Below, one piece after another: positions 41,471 to 54,504 of a stretch of 64,000 nucleotides of DNA (its first letter is position 1; every line of letters starts with the position of its first letter). The DNA comes from Lama glama (Eukaryota). The stretch spans positions 51,338,001-51,402,000 of the forward strand of contig CM052817.1 in NCBI GenBank assembly GCA_028534125.1, in the 5' to 3' direction. A program made the position numbers and the translations under genes. The notes below the pieces were generated by a model. It saw only the letters and a program-made list of their open reading frames with translations. It did no database searches and was not told the origin of the DNA.

Positions 41471-42499
41471 CTTGAAACATCTGGAATAAACTTATATCTT
41501 CATTTATATGTAAAAAGATAAAATTTTGAATGTGAGAAGATTGTGTTCATTGCAATGGGCATTTTTGCAATCAAAATTTCGTCTCTATATAAATCAGGCC
41601 ACAATAAATTGTTAATTTGGTGGAATATGAATAATTTTTAGAAACTTTCAAGCTATATCTCTAATGCAAAACACATTTTGTTACTATTTAGTCATATCCT
41701 TGTTACTTTAACTTGTAATTTTCTGCTAATAAGTAATACAACATAAATGTCATATTGATCAACCATGTCACTGGTCTTAATACACTTATAATTATGTTTT
41801 AACATTTTCTTATTGATTCTTTGAGGGCCAGAGGGAAAACTTAAATCAATTATATCTCTTACTGTTTGAGTACAATCAAGGTTTTTTTTGCTGTTAAATT
41901 ATATTGACCTATAGTTTGTAGAGCGTATCTCCTTACTTTGATTTTCCCCCTAATATTCACTTCAGGTAGATTCTGTATAAAGATGAAAAGCAAAGGAAAA
42001 GAAAAGTAGTCTAGGAAAAGTAAAACAATCATTTAATAAACATGATATCAAAGGTAAATTGTTAAGTTTATTCTAATACAATTAGGCATTTGTATACCAT
42101 TGTATACAAAGTACAAAGCTGAAGTAAAAATTGGAGCACATTTGCAAAAACTTTTATTTTAAAATGTAATTCTGTATTCATTTTTGCTCCTTCTTTCAAA
42201 TGAGAAAAATTGGATTTTTAATTACAGAATTTAGGAAATAAAGCAATTATAGGATTTTAATTGCTGGAAGAGGATTTATTGGCATACAGCTAGCATAGCA
42301 TCACTATCTTTATAAAGTTTAAACCTCAGATCTCTATACCAAGACTTGAGCAGGGAATTGAGAAGTGCTTTTAGGAAGAATGAATACTTTGCAGTGTATC
42401 CATATACTTTTATATGTATAGTAAGCCCCATGAAGCTAAGCAGTTATTTTCTCTTGATTTTTCTCGATGTATGTCAACATTTGTTTTCCAAGTAGGTTA

Positions 42500-43010
42500 T
42501 TTATTAATTCAGCTTCTATTCATAGGACACTAATTTTGTGGCAGACACGCTAGGCAGCAATAATGCAGAGATGAATAAGGTGCTATCCTTGCCCCAAAGA
42601 ACTTAGTGCAGGAGGGAAAGCATACATAAATACTCATTTATAATAAAGCGCTATAGTTACAGAAATAGATGAATAAACAGAGCCCTGGTGGGGCACAGAA
42701 GAAGACATCCATCCATATCTTATGTTTTAACTCAATGACTCTCATTGATTGCTCTCTCTATGTCAGGCACTGCACTAGAGCTCATGGTAAAAAAGAGTAT
42801 TGAACTTGTATCTTACAACCAAGTTTTATATCCGGCTCTACTACTTCCTAGATGAAAAGTCATCTCATCTTTCTTAGAGTTATTTTCTTTATCTGTACTA
42901 CAGGAATAATAATATCCAATTAAAGTTTATCATGAAGATTAGTTTAGATCATAAATGAGTTAGAATCTATGAAAACTGTAAAACCTTAGTCAAGCATAAG
43001 ATGATTATGT
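42500..43010. mobile_element. Degraded L2 (minus) and MIR (plus) fragments
   Basis: gatgaataag...ccttgcccca...ttagtgcagg (L2); ggctctactactt...atctgta...ataataata (MIR). Confidence 0.6.
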
Positions 43011-43011
43011 A

Positions 43012-43140
43012 TTTTTTTTTCATTTGAGGGGGGTAATTAGATATTTATTTATTTATTTATTTAAATGGAGGTAGTGGGGATTGAACCCAGGACCTCCTAC
43101 ATGCTAAGCACATGCTCTGCCCCAGAGCTATACTCTCCCC
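43012..43140 (-). mobile_element. tRNA-derived SINE, camelid vic-1-like, full length
   Basis: Minus strand: ggggagagtatagctc...gcttagcatg..gaggtcctgggttcaatcccca.tacctcc (A and B boxes, tRNA-Ala-like head), (TAAA)n, A tail; degenerate TSD agatgattatgta / agattactata. Confidence 0.88.
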
Positions 43141-43199
43141 ACCAGATTACTATATTTTTTAACATAGGCATTTGCCCCATTTCACAGTCATATCACCTT

Positions 43200-44620
43200 T
43201 ATTTTGGTAGTAAAATATACCACATGTAAAACTAGTACCTAAAACAAAATTGTGCAATTCAGTGATTTACCAGAGTACCTATACCTAGGTAGCCTTCACT
43301 CATGTTAGGAAGTTGTCAGAAGTCCAGAAACCACTCTCATGCCCCTTACTCCGATCACCATTTCATTCCTCTGAAGGTAGCCACTATTCGGAACTTGATT
43401 TTAATTCTTTCCAAGTTTTAAAAATATTTTTACCAGCAGAACATGCACCCCTAAACCCCATTTTTGCCTGACTTTTAACATGACATGAATAGAATCATAC
43501 TGTATGTATTCTTTTGTGTCTGGCATGATTTGTTCAAAGATATTTATGAGATTGACATATTGTTGCATATAGCTGAAAATTAGTTATTTTATTGCAGTTT
43601 AGTATTCCATCCAGTAAGTATAATATAATTTATCCATTCAACAGTTGATGGCCATTTAAATTCTTTCCATAATTTAAACACCATGAGCTCACTCCAATTC
43701 CAATCCAGTCCCTGAGGTTTATTCTGATTTTTTTCCTTTTCCATATTTTAACTCCCTTTTCTGACAGTGAGAAATCTTGCTCCAATTATCCTTACTAAGC
43801 TAGCTATTATGAGTACACCTCTCCTTTATAACCAGTCTACTACCACCAATAATACTCTCTGTCTATCCAAATGCCTTTCATGCCCCACTCGGATTCCAGT
43901 ACTCTATGCTAGTGCAACCCATGAAACAAAATTGCAACACCTGATGGTCACACTCTTCAGGCTTCAGCACCCTGTGGCAGAGCACTCCAGCCTAAATACA
44001 TCCCCTCTCCCTGTTTGGGCTCTTAATCCCATGTTAGGCCACAAAGTCCTCTCATCTGCAGCAGATTCTGTGTCCTCACATAATGGTGTATAGACAGAAA
44101 ATTTCAAGAATAAAAAGAAAGGAAAAGGAAGGGAAGAAAAATGGTAGGCTATGCATAATTTACACTTTAATAGAAAATGCAAGACTTTTTAAACATAGTT
44201 GTTCCACTTCAACCAACAGGTCAGATGATTTACCTATATAATTTATTATTTAAAATAAGATACTTTGAAAAATAAAAATGTAGCTCTTTTAGAAAAAAAA
44301 TGCTGGAAAAATTAACTTTAGCCAAGATTTTATTAGACAAACTGAGATATTCTTGTTACCCAAAGCATGGAAGTTTCTAGTTCTGTGCATCCTCAGCAAG
44401 ACTTGTAGTGATTAGTTTTAATGTTTACCCTTTAAGTCTTTCAGTAGTGATACCTCATTGTGATTTTAGTTGCATTCCTCTACATACTAATGCCACATAT
44501 TAATGGTTTTTGATCATTGAGCTATCTTTTTCAAGGAGAGTGTATCCAAGTCTTATCCATTCTTATAATGGGCTGTCTTTTTGTCATTGGTTTGTAAGTG
44601 TTATTTCAAGATTCTGGATT
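43200..44620 (-). mobile_element. Cluster of ancient L1 (ME/MC-type) 3' fragments
   Basis: aatcatactgtatgtattcttttgtgtctggc; tttctgacagtgagaaa; tacctcattgtgattttagttgcatt. Confidence 0.7.
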
Positions 44621-45409
44621 ATTGAGTTTCTCACCTTCATTTTTCAACTCAAAGTAAGTTTAGTTCAAGTAAATTCATTCCAGATAAGTGGGAAATCCAT
44701 TAACCACTATGGGTGTCTCACATACCCAGAATTATTAAACATTCCAGGACCATGGTGTCAACTTTTCTTTCAAATATCATACTCAAGTGGAGAGAACATA
44801 CCTCATAGCTCACCTATCTGCTACTAATATCTGACGTTGCTGTCGAGAGCTGGCATTCTGTGTTCACACAAATAACATTCTTATAATGTAGTGATTCCTT
44901 ACTGCCTTAGTTCTATGCACAGGCCACCAAGGACTTCTCCCTTTATTCCCATTCTCAGGCATGTTGTCCAGAACACAAAGCCTGGGTTAGGAGAATGCCT
45001 TTGGAAGATCTACCAGAATTAATCATAAGATACACTGAAACATTTCCCTGCCATGATCTTGAGTTCCTTGTTTTGAGCTCAGATCACTATCCTATGCTAG
45101 GTTACACCACATTTCTTTCAGGTGGTTTGATTAAAGAAGTTGCATGATCTGCCTCTTCCACTGAGACTTAGGTTAGGCCACCCTAGGCCAGTCCAACTTG
45201 TAGCCCTAAATACAGAAGCCATCAGTAGTCACCCATATGCCTATGACCTTTCAGGTACTAGTTTCTGCATTTCTGGATCTGAGCACTTTTTTTGTCCAGA
45301 ACACTGGAAAAAGGATCTGCCTGTGTTCACCTGGGAAGAAGTATACCAGTGAATTAACATCACTCTTTTCCCCTGAAGTAGTTCTCAATCAGTGACCCCA
45401 AGAAGTTGA

Positions 45410-45650
45410 TCTGTAAATAAATAGCACAGAGCCCTCACCCCTTGAGAGAGAGAATTCTGAGTCAGATATTAAGAGGAAATACAATGCAGTTTCTTATTGT
45501 GGTGACTGACTTACTAATATACACTTTAACTACCTTCTCCTCCCTGTAACACTTTCTCATTCTGCAAGATTCCCAGTACCTCTCCCCAAAACTACTAGTA
45601 CTGAAATACTGTGTCTCAGCATTAGCTTACAGAGGAACCCAAATTAAGAA
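45410..45650 (+). mobile_element. ERVL LTR fragment, LTR16-like
   Basis: cagagccctc...tgtctcagc...ggaacccaaattaaga terminus. Confidence 0.55.
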
Positions 45651-48600
45651 TTCTAACTCTCTATCCCAGATAAATGTCATCTACACAGTCTTTAGTTATC
45701 AACTGTGAAAAGAATCTCAAGGAGTAACACCTTGATAGAATCGGAAATGATTTTGTTACATCATAATCCAAATGCAGTGACTGGGTATGTCCTCTACATC
45801 TGCTTTAAAGGGAATTTCTTATTAAACTTTCACAAGATGAAAAAGTTCAGCTTGTTTAATTAAAAATAAAAACTTTCTGAAAAAATACGACATATCTCCT
45901 ATGATCTCTGTTCCTTTTCTCTGATTTGTCCTTTAGGTGGGGTCAATCTTATACAGGATTGCAGTTCAGCCATAAACTGCTGTACTTCTGTTAAAATATT
46001 CAAATATCTCTGTGCTGATTGCTAAACATCCATCTCCTGCGGTCCTAAGCTTCCCACTATCTGCTGCTTGAGCTACTTTAACATCTTCCCTGGGACTTCA
46101 GAATGCCCCATGATGCAGAGAGAAAGAGGTTAATGCCAGGACAGAAGGGTTTCTAGGATTAATTTCTAGGATCTGGGTCCAGTTTTACAGCATGAGGATC
46201 CTCTGACTGGTCAGTGCCAGTGTAGTTTTGTAGACAGCTGGTTAAACATTTTAAACACCTATACAATTTTTTTTTATCTCAGCCCTTATTTGCTTAGCTA
46301 ATTCTTCTTTACCCTTCACCTTAGATATCCTCAGAGAATCCCTCTGTGACCACTTCTCTAAAACAACAAAGTGCACTTTCCTAGTTAGCTCTGCAAGATG
46401 CAAAATCATCTAGTCCAAAAAGTTTAGTAACTACTAGACTTAATGAAGTTACACATTTATTTTTCTTTAGTGTAGGCTTACTCTGACTTTTTAATATGCT
46501 AATAACAGTTGTCAAGCATTGATTTCAACAGGCAGTATCTCTCCAACCTAGTTAACTAGTGATAGAACATGTACTAATGTTTTACATGCTTAACATTAGA
46601 GGAACACAAATATTTTGATGTAAAGAGCTTAGAGTATATAGTGTCATATACATCAGACAAGTATTTGACCATTATATTTTTAGGGGGAAAAAAGATGAAA
46701 GAGAAGGACAAAAATAAAAACCAATTCAATCAAATGACAGTAACGTTTTATATGATAAAGAGTTTTATAATGCCAAAATGTTTGACGTGGATTAATGATG
46801 TCAATATAAAATAGTTATAGGTATAAGACACGTGTAACTCTTGCTATGTCATTTGAATATTAAAGCTGAAAAATGATTTCTTTGACTGCTGGCAGCCTTA
46901 GTGTAACATAATACTCTATTATACTTCAGCTGTCAGTCATTATGGGATTTTAATTTAATTTTAATATTATGTTTTATAGACTTTTATTGTTCTCTGTTTA
47001 CTTGGTGAATCCAGCAATTATTTACAATAATAAAACTGTATATTTAAAAAAATAACTCATTGAATAACATTTAGTTAATGAATGCTCAAAGATTTACTAT
47101 ATGTTATTTATGGAGCTAGGGTAGAGACTCTGGACTAGGTGAAGAATTTACAATACTTTAAAAATGATGTTAAAATTAGTGAAGCATGCTGAGATTATGA
47201 AATCTTGCCAACACCTGGCTGAAATGATGTACAACACAAGTTCATAAAATGGTGAAGAAGCATAAATTATAATTTGGTAGGCATTTTTCCTTTTGAAAAA
47301 AATGAAAATTTAGTATAATGAATGTCTGAAATAAGATTTAGCAAGTAGTGTATTTTATATCTGTAACTTACATACATCTTCTGTTGGTGTTTGTGTGTGT
47401 GTCTGTGTATGCACACAAATGTAATATGATATTAAAATCTGAATTTGGGGTAGATGAGGCAGAATAAAACAGAACTTTAGATGCTCTCTTTTCCAATACA
47501 CAATGAAATAAAAAATATTGAAATAAAAATTTCTTATATGTGCCAATATCAAATAAACAAGAGAAAAATAAATAAACTGTTAAGAGGGGAAAATGTAGCT
47601 ATCAAGGAAAGAAACAAAAGACTAGATCAGGATTACCTGGCTTCCTCCAGCCAAACAACACTGAGAGAAGCTAGTGAATGGAATTAATCCTAAGGATCCT
47701 TATCAGTGCCTTCCCACCTCAGAGTTGATTAGGATGGAGATGGATGAGTTATGAATAGACTGCTGTGGCAGAAACATTAAGTATATATAGCGCTGCATAA
47801 TCATGGTACCAGGGAAGGTACCAGAGAATGGCTTCTGATTATGTCATTTCTCAGGCATGCTTAGGAATTGGGAACATGAGCAGAAACTCATGAGACTGAA
47901 ATAAGCCCTGACTGAATGAAATAAACTGTAATATATATACTTGTTTGTTTGTATGTATGTTTTAGGATCTCTAGAAAGAAATAGCACAGAAAGGCAGGCA
48001 AGGGTATAGCATTGCCTAACCTCAGAAATTAGGCAGTTCTATAGAACATGATGCGAATATCTGTCTGGAATTTTCAGAAGCTACACACAAACCAAGCTCT
48101 TCCTTTCACCAACCTATGTGTTTTGGAATATACGTCATACATGTAAGAAAACTGACTAAAAAACAGCACTCTGCCTTAATACTTTCACGCTAAGAAGGAT
48201 CCTTTGCTTCCATTTAATGATTCTTATCTTAGATATCTTTAAAAGTATGATCTTATTTTAAAATCTATCAGGATATCTGTTTGTTCTGCATCTACCCTTC
48301 CATAACCACAGTTCTCTATGCACAGATGCATAAAGAAATATCTGTAATGATATTCACCAAATAGTAGCAATAGATTTACCCCCTGAAGTATATTTGAGTT
48401 GTGTATCATTTTCTTCTGTGACTTCTTTTATAATTTTAGAATTTAATTATTACTGTAGAAATAAAAATTAGAGAGCTGAATCTTCTAGGTGCTACTGAGA
48501 AATAGCTACTGAGTTTCTAAAGATAATTTCAGAAAGGCTGCATTTTCAAACTTTCAGGAGAGCAAAAGAAACTAGAATGTTTATTTCTTTTTATTCCATC

Positions 48601-51600
48601 TTTATTATAATTGACATCTAATAGAATATTTATAGAAGTAAAAACAGTAACAGCAGAAAAGTAAGAGTTCAAAAAGAGGATAAACAAAGAAATATATTTT
48701 GCTAAACCACTTTCTATAATATTAATCTTTGTATTTTTTATTTGTTGTCTTGTCTGTCTTTTTTTTTAAATCTGAGTTTTCTCATCTGTTCTGAGTCAAG
48801 CTTCGTTTCTGATACAAAGGCAGAAATGAAGGATTTGTGTTGATATGGATATGTTGGTGGCACACCTGCTAGTTTGTAAGATTCAGTGTGTCCATATTTG
48901 TGTGAGTGAGTGAGTATTCATGTGTGTGTGCTTGTAAAGAGAGGGGAGGGATAAAGAAGACAAAACAAATCAGGACATTGTCATAGGATCTTTGAAAACA
49001 ATGGAGATTTACATTTATAGATCACTGTCTTTCAATACAATTATAAGAAGGGACTACCTAGGACACATGAATCAACACTTGGTTTAACTAGATTTTTTTT
49101 TAATCTGTCATTCTGCACTCCCATCCATAGACCATAGCAGCTGACAACAATATTAATGCTACTAGGTAGATTTTATAAGATCTTACTATTTCCGTCTTTT
49201 TACTATGATGAACTGTGTAGAAATTTACTTGTAGCATCACTTCCAAATTTCCTTTTGCCTTTAAAATGAGCTTCTAAATCAAAGTAAAGTTTGGTATTAC
49301 TAATCTTCCGTATTAGCAGATATTTCAGTTTCAGTTCATATAGTTTGATAAAAAGCCTACAGCCCGTCCTGAAAACAAATATCTGAAATCTTTAGTTCTT
49401 TCAGTAGTAACCTTCACGTAGAGAACACCCAGTTCAGATACAGGCTAGATCAGCCTGTATCATCAAAATCAAATCATTACATTCTAATCCCAGGCTAGAT
49501 TCTAACGATGTGCTATTATCATGTGCTGTGAGAAATTATTATTTACTTTTTTAAGTTTGAAAAAAAGTTTTCTTAAAATTTCTAAATTGTCAAAGGACAG
49601 TAAATGAAATAAAGTTGTAATAATACTGAATAGGCTTAAGTTTTTTCATACTATTCAATTCTATTAAAAAAGCAATTCAAAGTATTGTTGAAGACTTCAA
49701 CCATGAAACGTCTATTTAATTCTTTCTTATTGTGTGGACTGGCTTTATGTCTTCACACATTCCTTTAAGTGTGCATATCAAGATATTAACCTATGCTGCT
49801 TTGGTAAATCTGAAGTCTGTGCTCTTTGAAGAAAAAACAGTGATGTTTCCTGGGGTCATTTAATGCTGGTTGTAGTCAGTATTTTTCTTCAAATCTGTAG
49901 TGAGGAAAAACAAAATTAATCATTAGTTGTCACTATTGATGAACTCAAGTATCAAGAATTTCCCATGAGCAGTAAAATATGCCAAAAAATTGTGTTTTTT
50001 TAAAATTCTTTTGATGATTTATATTTCTTGAAACAATGTACTGTTAAGTCATCAGGCTGCTGAAAAATTGTTACTGTTACAGAGTGTGATTATATCAACA
50101 AATAGAATTTTAGTTCTAAAAGAGAAATAAAGCTCATCTCTAATCACATGATAAGTATTAAAATTTAGCTCAAGTGATTTTGTAAAAATGTACATTTAGT
50201 GATAGAGCTTAGAAGAGCTCTCATTCTCTCATTTTTTTCACACTGCCGCCTCTGATTTAATTTTTTTCAAATCTTAAAATTTTAACAATAACATGAATTT
50301 AACTTCCAGACCTCCACTCTCTTTCAAAGCTCCAAAATATATATGGATCACTGACCCCCCCCAAAAAAAGGCAGAATAAAGTTAGAACTTTGAGCTGATT
50401 GCATTGTTTTGTTTTTCAGAAATAATTCTGATTTCAAAAAGACAGATTAAAGAGTAAAATAAACAAACCATGTAAAATGTACAGTATATTTCTTACAAAT
50501 TAAAAAGCACATTATTTAAGGATTTGTTTTACAGCCCATGTGAATAAATCATACATATGGATGGTATATTTCCAAATGCTCTTACCAAATAAAAATTAAG
50601 AATAGAGAGCACATAAAATATGTTCTATTGGGAAAAAGATTTATCTACCTTGGAAAATGGCATTTGGCAATCTCATTTTTCACCCAGTGCCAATTGCTTT
50701 GTGTCAATACTCTAAAGTTTACACAATTGTGAGGTGATCTGTAGAAGTTTAATTATTTTACATAGGTTTGTGTATCATTTGTATATACTGGTATTATTTT
50801 TCATTATTCACAAATTAAGAAACCTATTCTGAAAACAATAACTGATGTACAACTGATAGAATGTGTTGATTTTGTTGTTGTTGTCTGTAAAGCCCAGGTG
50901 CTTGGATATATTTTACCATCACTTTTATCCTACACTGTAAGTAGTGATGCATGACAAATAAAAATTATATTAAGTTAATCAGGACTTGATACCAGTAATT
51001 GCAGCTTCAAAGATTTTCTGAATGGACTGTCATGTTGTTCCAGAAAATTGAGATTATTTTTATTATTGTCATTTCAGAAAAACGTATTTGACATTACAAT
51101 AAATATGTATTTTATATTTAATGAGTGTCACAGAACTGGCCTTTTCAAATTAATGTATGGTGCCTTCTAGAAGAGACTTAACTGGTGGTGCATAATAGAG
51201 TAGTACATCTTTTCTCAGAATAAATACAATATTTCTTTTTGGAGTGTTTAGTCAGTGGTGATTTTGGAATATTTTTATATTAAAACTACATTGATATGGC
51301 ATATTTGGAAATATTTTTATGCTTTGTATGATAAACCTTATAATTTAAAAAAAATGTTTTGCTCATTAAGGATGCTTAGGACATGCCTTCAGACAACTAG
51401 AAGCAAGCATTCTTTCTCTCCTATCATAAGAACTACTTTGCTGAAAGTATTTGAGAAACACTGTATTATAATAATCCCAGAATCCCAATAGTCTTAGGAT
51501 TTATAATAAAACTTTTCTCCCAACATTGATCATAGAAAAATCTCGCATGGTATAGGAATATTCAAAGTAGACAGTGGCAGAATTTTAAAGAAAATAGTGC

Positions 51601-52247
51601 CATTTCTCCTACTTCCTACATTTTTGTGAAAATAGGCATGTCATAAAATTAGGATAAAACTACATCTGTGATGTAAACTAGGAAAACCTATTAGACATAC
51701 TCTACTAAAAACACTATTGAAAGAAATGTTAAGGTGAGGCATTTTACTTCTCATCTTATGAACTAGAATATAGTAGAAGAGCAGAGATACCTAGTAACTC
51801 AGACAGAAGAAGGAGGCTGAGTGTACAGTCACAGTTGTGGGAGGCTGTCGCATGGCTGGAAAATCCTGCCAGGAGGGAGCACAGACATCATTGGGCCATG
51901 AAAACCAGTGGCCAAACCAGACAAGGGAAGAGATTCTTTTTGCACAAAAGTGAAACCTTTTTATTGTGACTGTCTGAAAAATCTACCATCCTCCATACTC
52001 TATTTCAGCCATTCTGGAATGGAAACTATGGTTCATCTCAGTGCCAGGCACAATGTTGGAAAAAGTGCTGAGGATTTCAGCTCAGGGAGAGGGAGCTATG
52101 ACTGATTAGTAATGCAGTCATTGAACAATGGTGAGAAATGACACCAAGTGATCTATATACATATTCTATGACTTTGACATAAATTATTGTGCTTCTTACT
52201 GGATTATCTCAATTTAAAATATTTTTTTCTTTCTTCATTCTTTCTTT

Positions 52248-53035
52248 AATATTTTTATTGATTTATAATCATTTTACAATGTTGTGTCAAATTCCAGTGT
52301 TCAGCACAATTTTTCAGTCATTCATGGACATATACACACTCATTGTCACATTTTTTTCTCTGTGAGTTATCATAACATTTTGTGTATATTTNNNNNNNNN
52401 NNNNNNNNNNNNNNNNNNNNNNNNNNNNNNNNNNNNNNNNNNNNNNNNNNNNNNNNNNNNNNNNNNNNNNNNNNNNNNNNNNNNNNNNNNNNNNNNNNNN
52501 NNNNNNNNNNNNNNNNNNNNNNNNNNNNNNNNNNNNNNNNNNNNNNNNNNNNNNNNNNNNNNNNNNNNNNNNNNNNNNNNNNNNNNNNNNNNNNNNNNNN
52601 NNNNNNNNNNNNNNNNNNNNNNNNNNNNNNNNNNNNNNNNNNNNNNNNNNNNNNNNNNNNNNNNNNNNNNNNNNNNNNNNNNNNNNNNNNNNNNNNNNNN
52701 NNNNNNNNNNNNNNNNNNNNNNNNNNNNNNNNNNNNNNNNNNNNNNNNNNNNNNNNNNNNNNNNNNNNNNNNNNNNNNNNNNNNNNNNNNNNNNNNNNNN
52801 NNNNNNNNNNNNNNNNNNNNNNNNNNNNNNNNNNNNNNNNNNNNNNNNNNNNNNNNNNNNNNNNNNNNNNNNNNNNNNNNNNNNNNNNNNNTACATCTTC
52901 TTTATCCAGTCACCTGTTGATGGACATTTAGGCTGTTTCCATGTTTTGGCTATTATAAATAGTGCTGCTATGAACATTGGGGTGCAGGTATCATCCTGAA
53001 GTAGATTTCCTTCTGGATACAAGCCCAGGAGTGGG
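52248..53035 (-). mobile_element. Young 5'-truncated L1, same family as 3210-5799
   Basis: [21 protein letters not shown] versus [21 protein letters not shown] in the first copy; matching 3'UTR; TSD tcttcattctttcttt (52232-52247) / tcttctttctttcttt (53036-53051). Confidence 0.93.
52392..52891. other. Assembly gap (500 N)
   Basis: N run inside the young L1. Confidence 1.
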
Positions 53036-54059
53036 TCTTCTTTCTTTCTTTTAATCTTTACCTTATTGCCATACTTTGTAAGGGTAGTTTGCTTTTCCTC
53101 TTAGGGCCTTTAAGGATTTTGTCATTTTTTTAATAATGATTTTTTACGTCCACTAACTTGTATTGATCTGTGGATTTCTTAATTATTACTATTTTGCTTG
53201 GCACTCAGTAGGGAGAGATAATTTGAGAATTGGATCATCTATTTTGGAAAAATTGTCAACAGTTTTCAATTTGAATCTTACTTCCTCTCCTTTTCCCTTA
53301 TTCTTACTTTCTGGAAAACTTATTCAATTTTTTTTTTTTTTAGCTTTTAGTCTATCCTTCATGACTCTTAATTTCTCTTTCACATTCTGTTTTGTCTCTC
53401 TGTGCTGGACCAGCAGTTTCCTTCTGTTTTATTGTCCACTATTTCAATCCTCTACTCAAGAGTAGATGTAAGCATATCTAAAAGAAAATCTTTATTGCCA
53501 TAACAACCTATTATTAGTTCAGTCATTTTTAACAATTAAAGATACTGTTAAAAATATATGCCTTGAGAGTAAGGTTCTGTCTCTTAATTCACCTCTGACT
53601 GCCTCACATATAGTACACTGAAGTGACTACACACTCATGAAGGAGCAGTTACATGTGCATACATGCATATATATGCATACACACTAAGTGTGAGTAATCT
53701 GAACATACAAACTACTTGAAGCAGATAAGTTATATTCACATAACAATTCCAAAAGTCAGATTATCACATCTTTAATGTTGAGAAATTAAAAGTCCCCTGC
53801 TTGTCTGTCTTGCTGGGTAGGCTGTGTAAAAGAGCAGCCAACGCTTAAGAAAATTTAGCTCTTCTGACCACTTGTTCATAAACAATGCCTGCTTTAATGT
53901 TCTTTCTTTTTCTCTTTTATCCTCTCTACTTACCCTCTTTTGTGCCAAGTTATACCAAAGAATAAAATAGGCTTAAGACAACAAATATATAATATAATGT
54001 GAATGTGTGTTTGTGGGAAATACAATTTGGCTATATTTAGGAGATGAGATGATACGAAC

Positions 54060-54385
54060 CAGTAGTCCAGAAGTTTTATGTGATTGAGCCACCAGGTCTG
54101 TCTGACACAATATGTTGACTTTTTTGTTATTTCTAATTTTTAATAAAATGAATAGCCAGCTTTTAAAAAGTAAAATAATTCAAATTTTAAAATCTGCATT
54201 TATACCTTTCCTTGAAAAGTCAGAATCCTCGAAAAAATTCAAACTCGGGCCCATTGTTCTTTAAAGCAAAAATGTGAGCATGTTAAATAAACATCAAATT
54301 TAGATGAGTATCTTGATTTCCAGTTTATGCTTCATTCATTTCCATTATCTACCTAGCATCTGTGTCATTTACCTTTGCAACCCCT
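54060..54385. mobile_element. Possible hAT-Charlie remnant (MER102-like)
   Basis: aaatctgcatttata..tttccttgaaaagtcagaa and tttgcaacccct motifs. Confidence 0.4.
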
Positions 54386-54504
54386 CACAGAAATTCCTTG
54401 GGGCCTGTCCGAGGCTCTATTCTTCCTTTAAGATTTCTCCTTAAACTGTCACATCTACTCCTATGATTTTCCATTTCTACCCAAATTGAAACCATATTCT
54501 CCCA

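Noticed and set aside
43040..43140. tRNA-like sequence
   Set aside because: Mutated A box, repeat linker and A tail identify a SINE rather than a tRNA gene.
52284..53022. ORFs of 205-234 aa
   Set aside because: They span the 500-N gap within a truncated L1.
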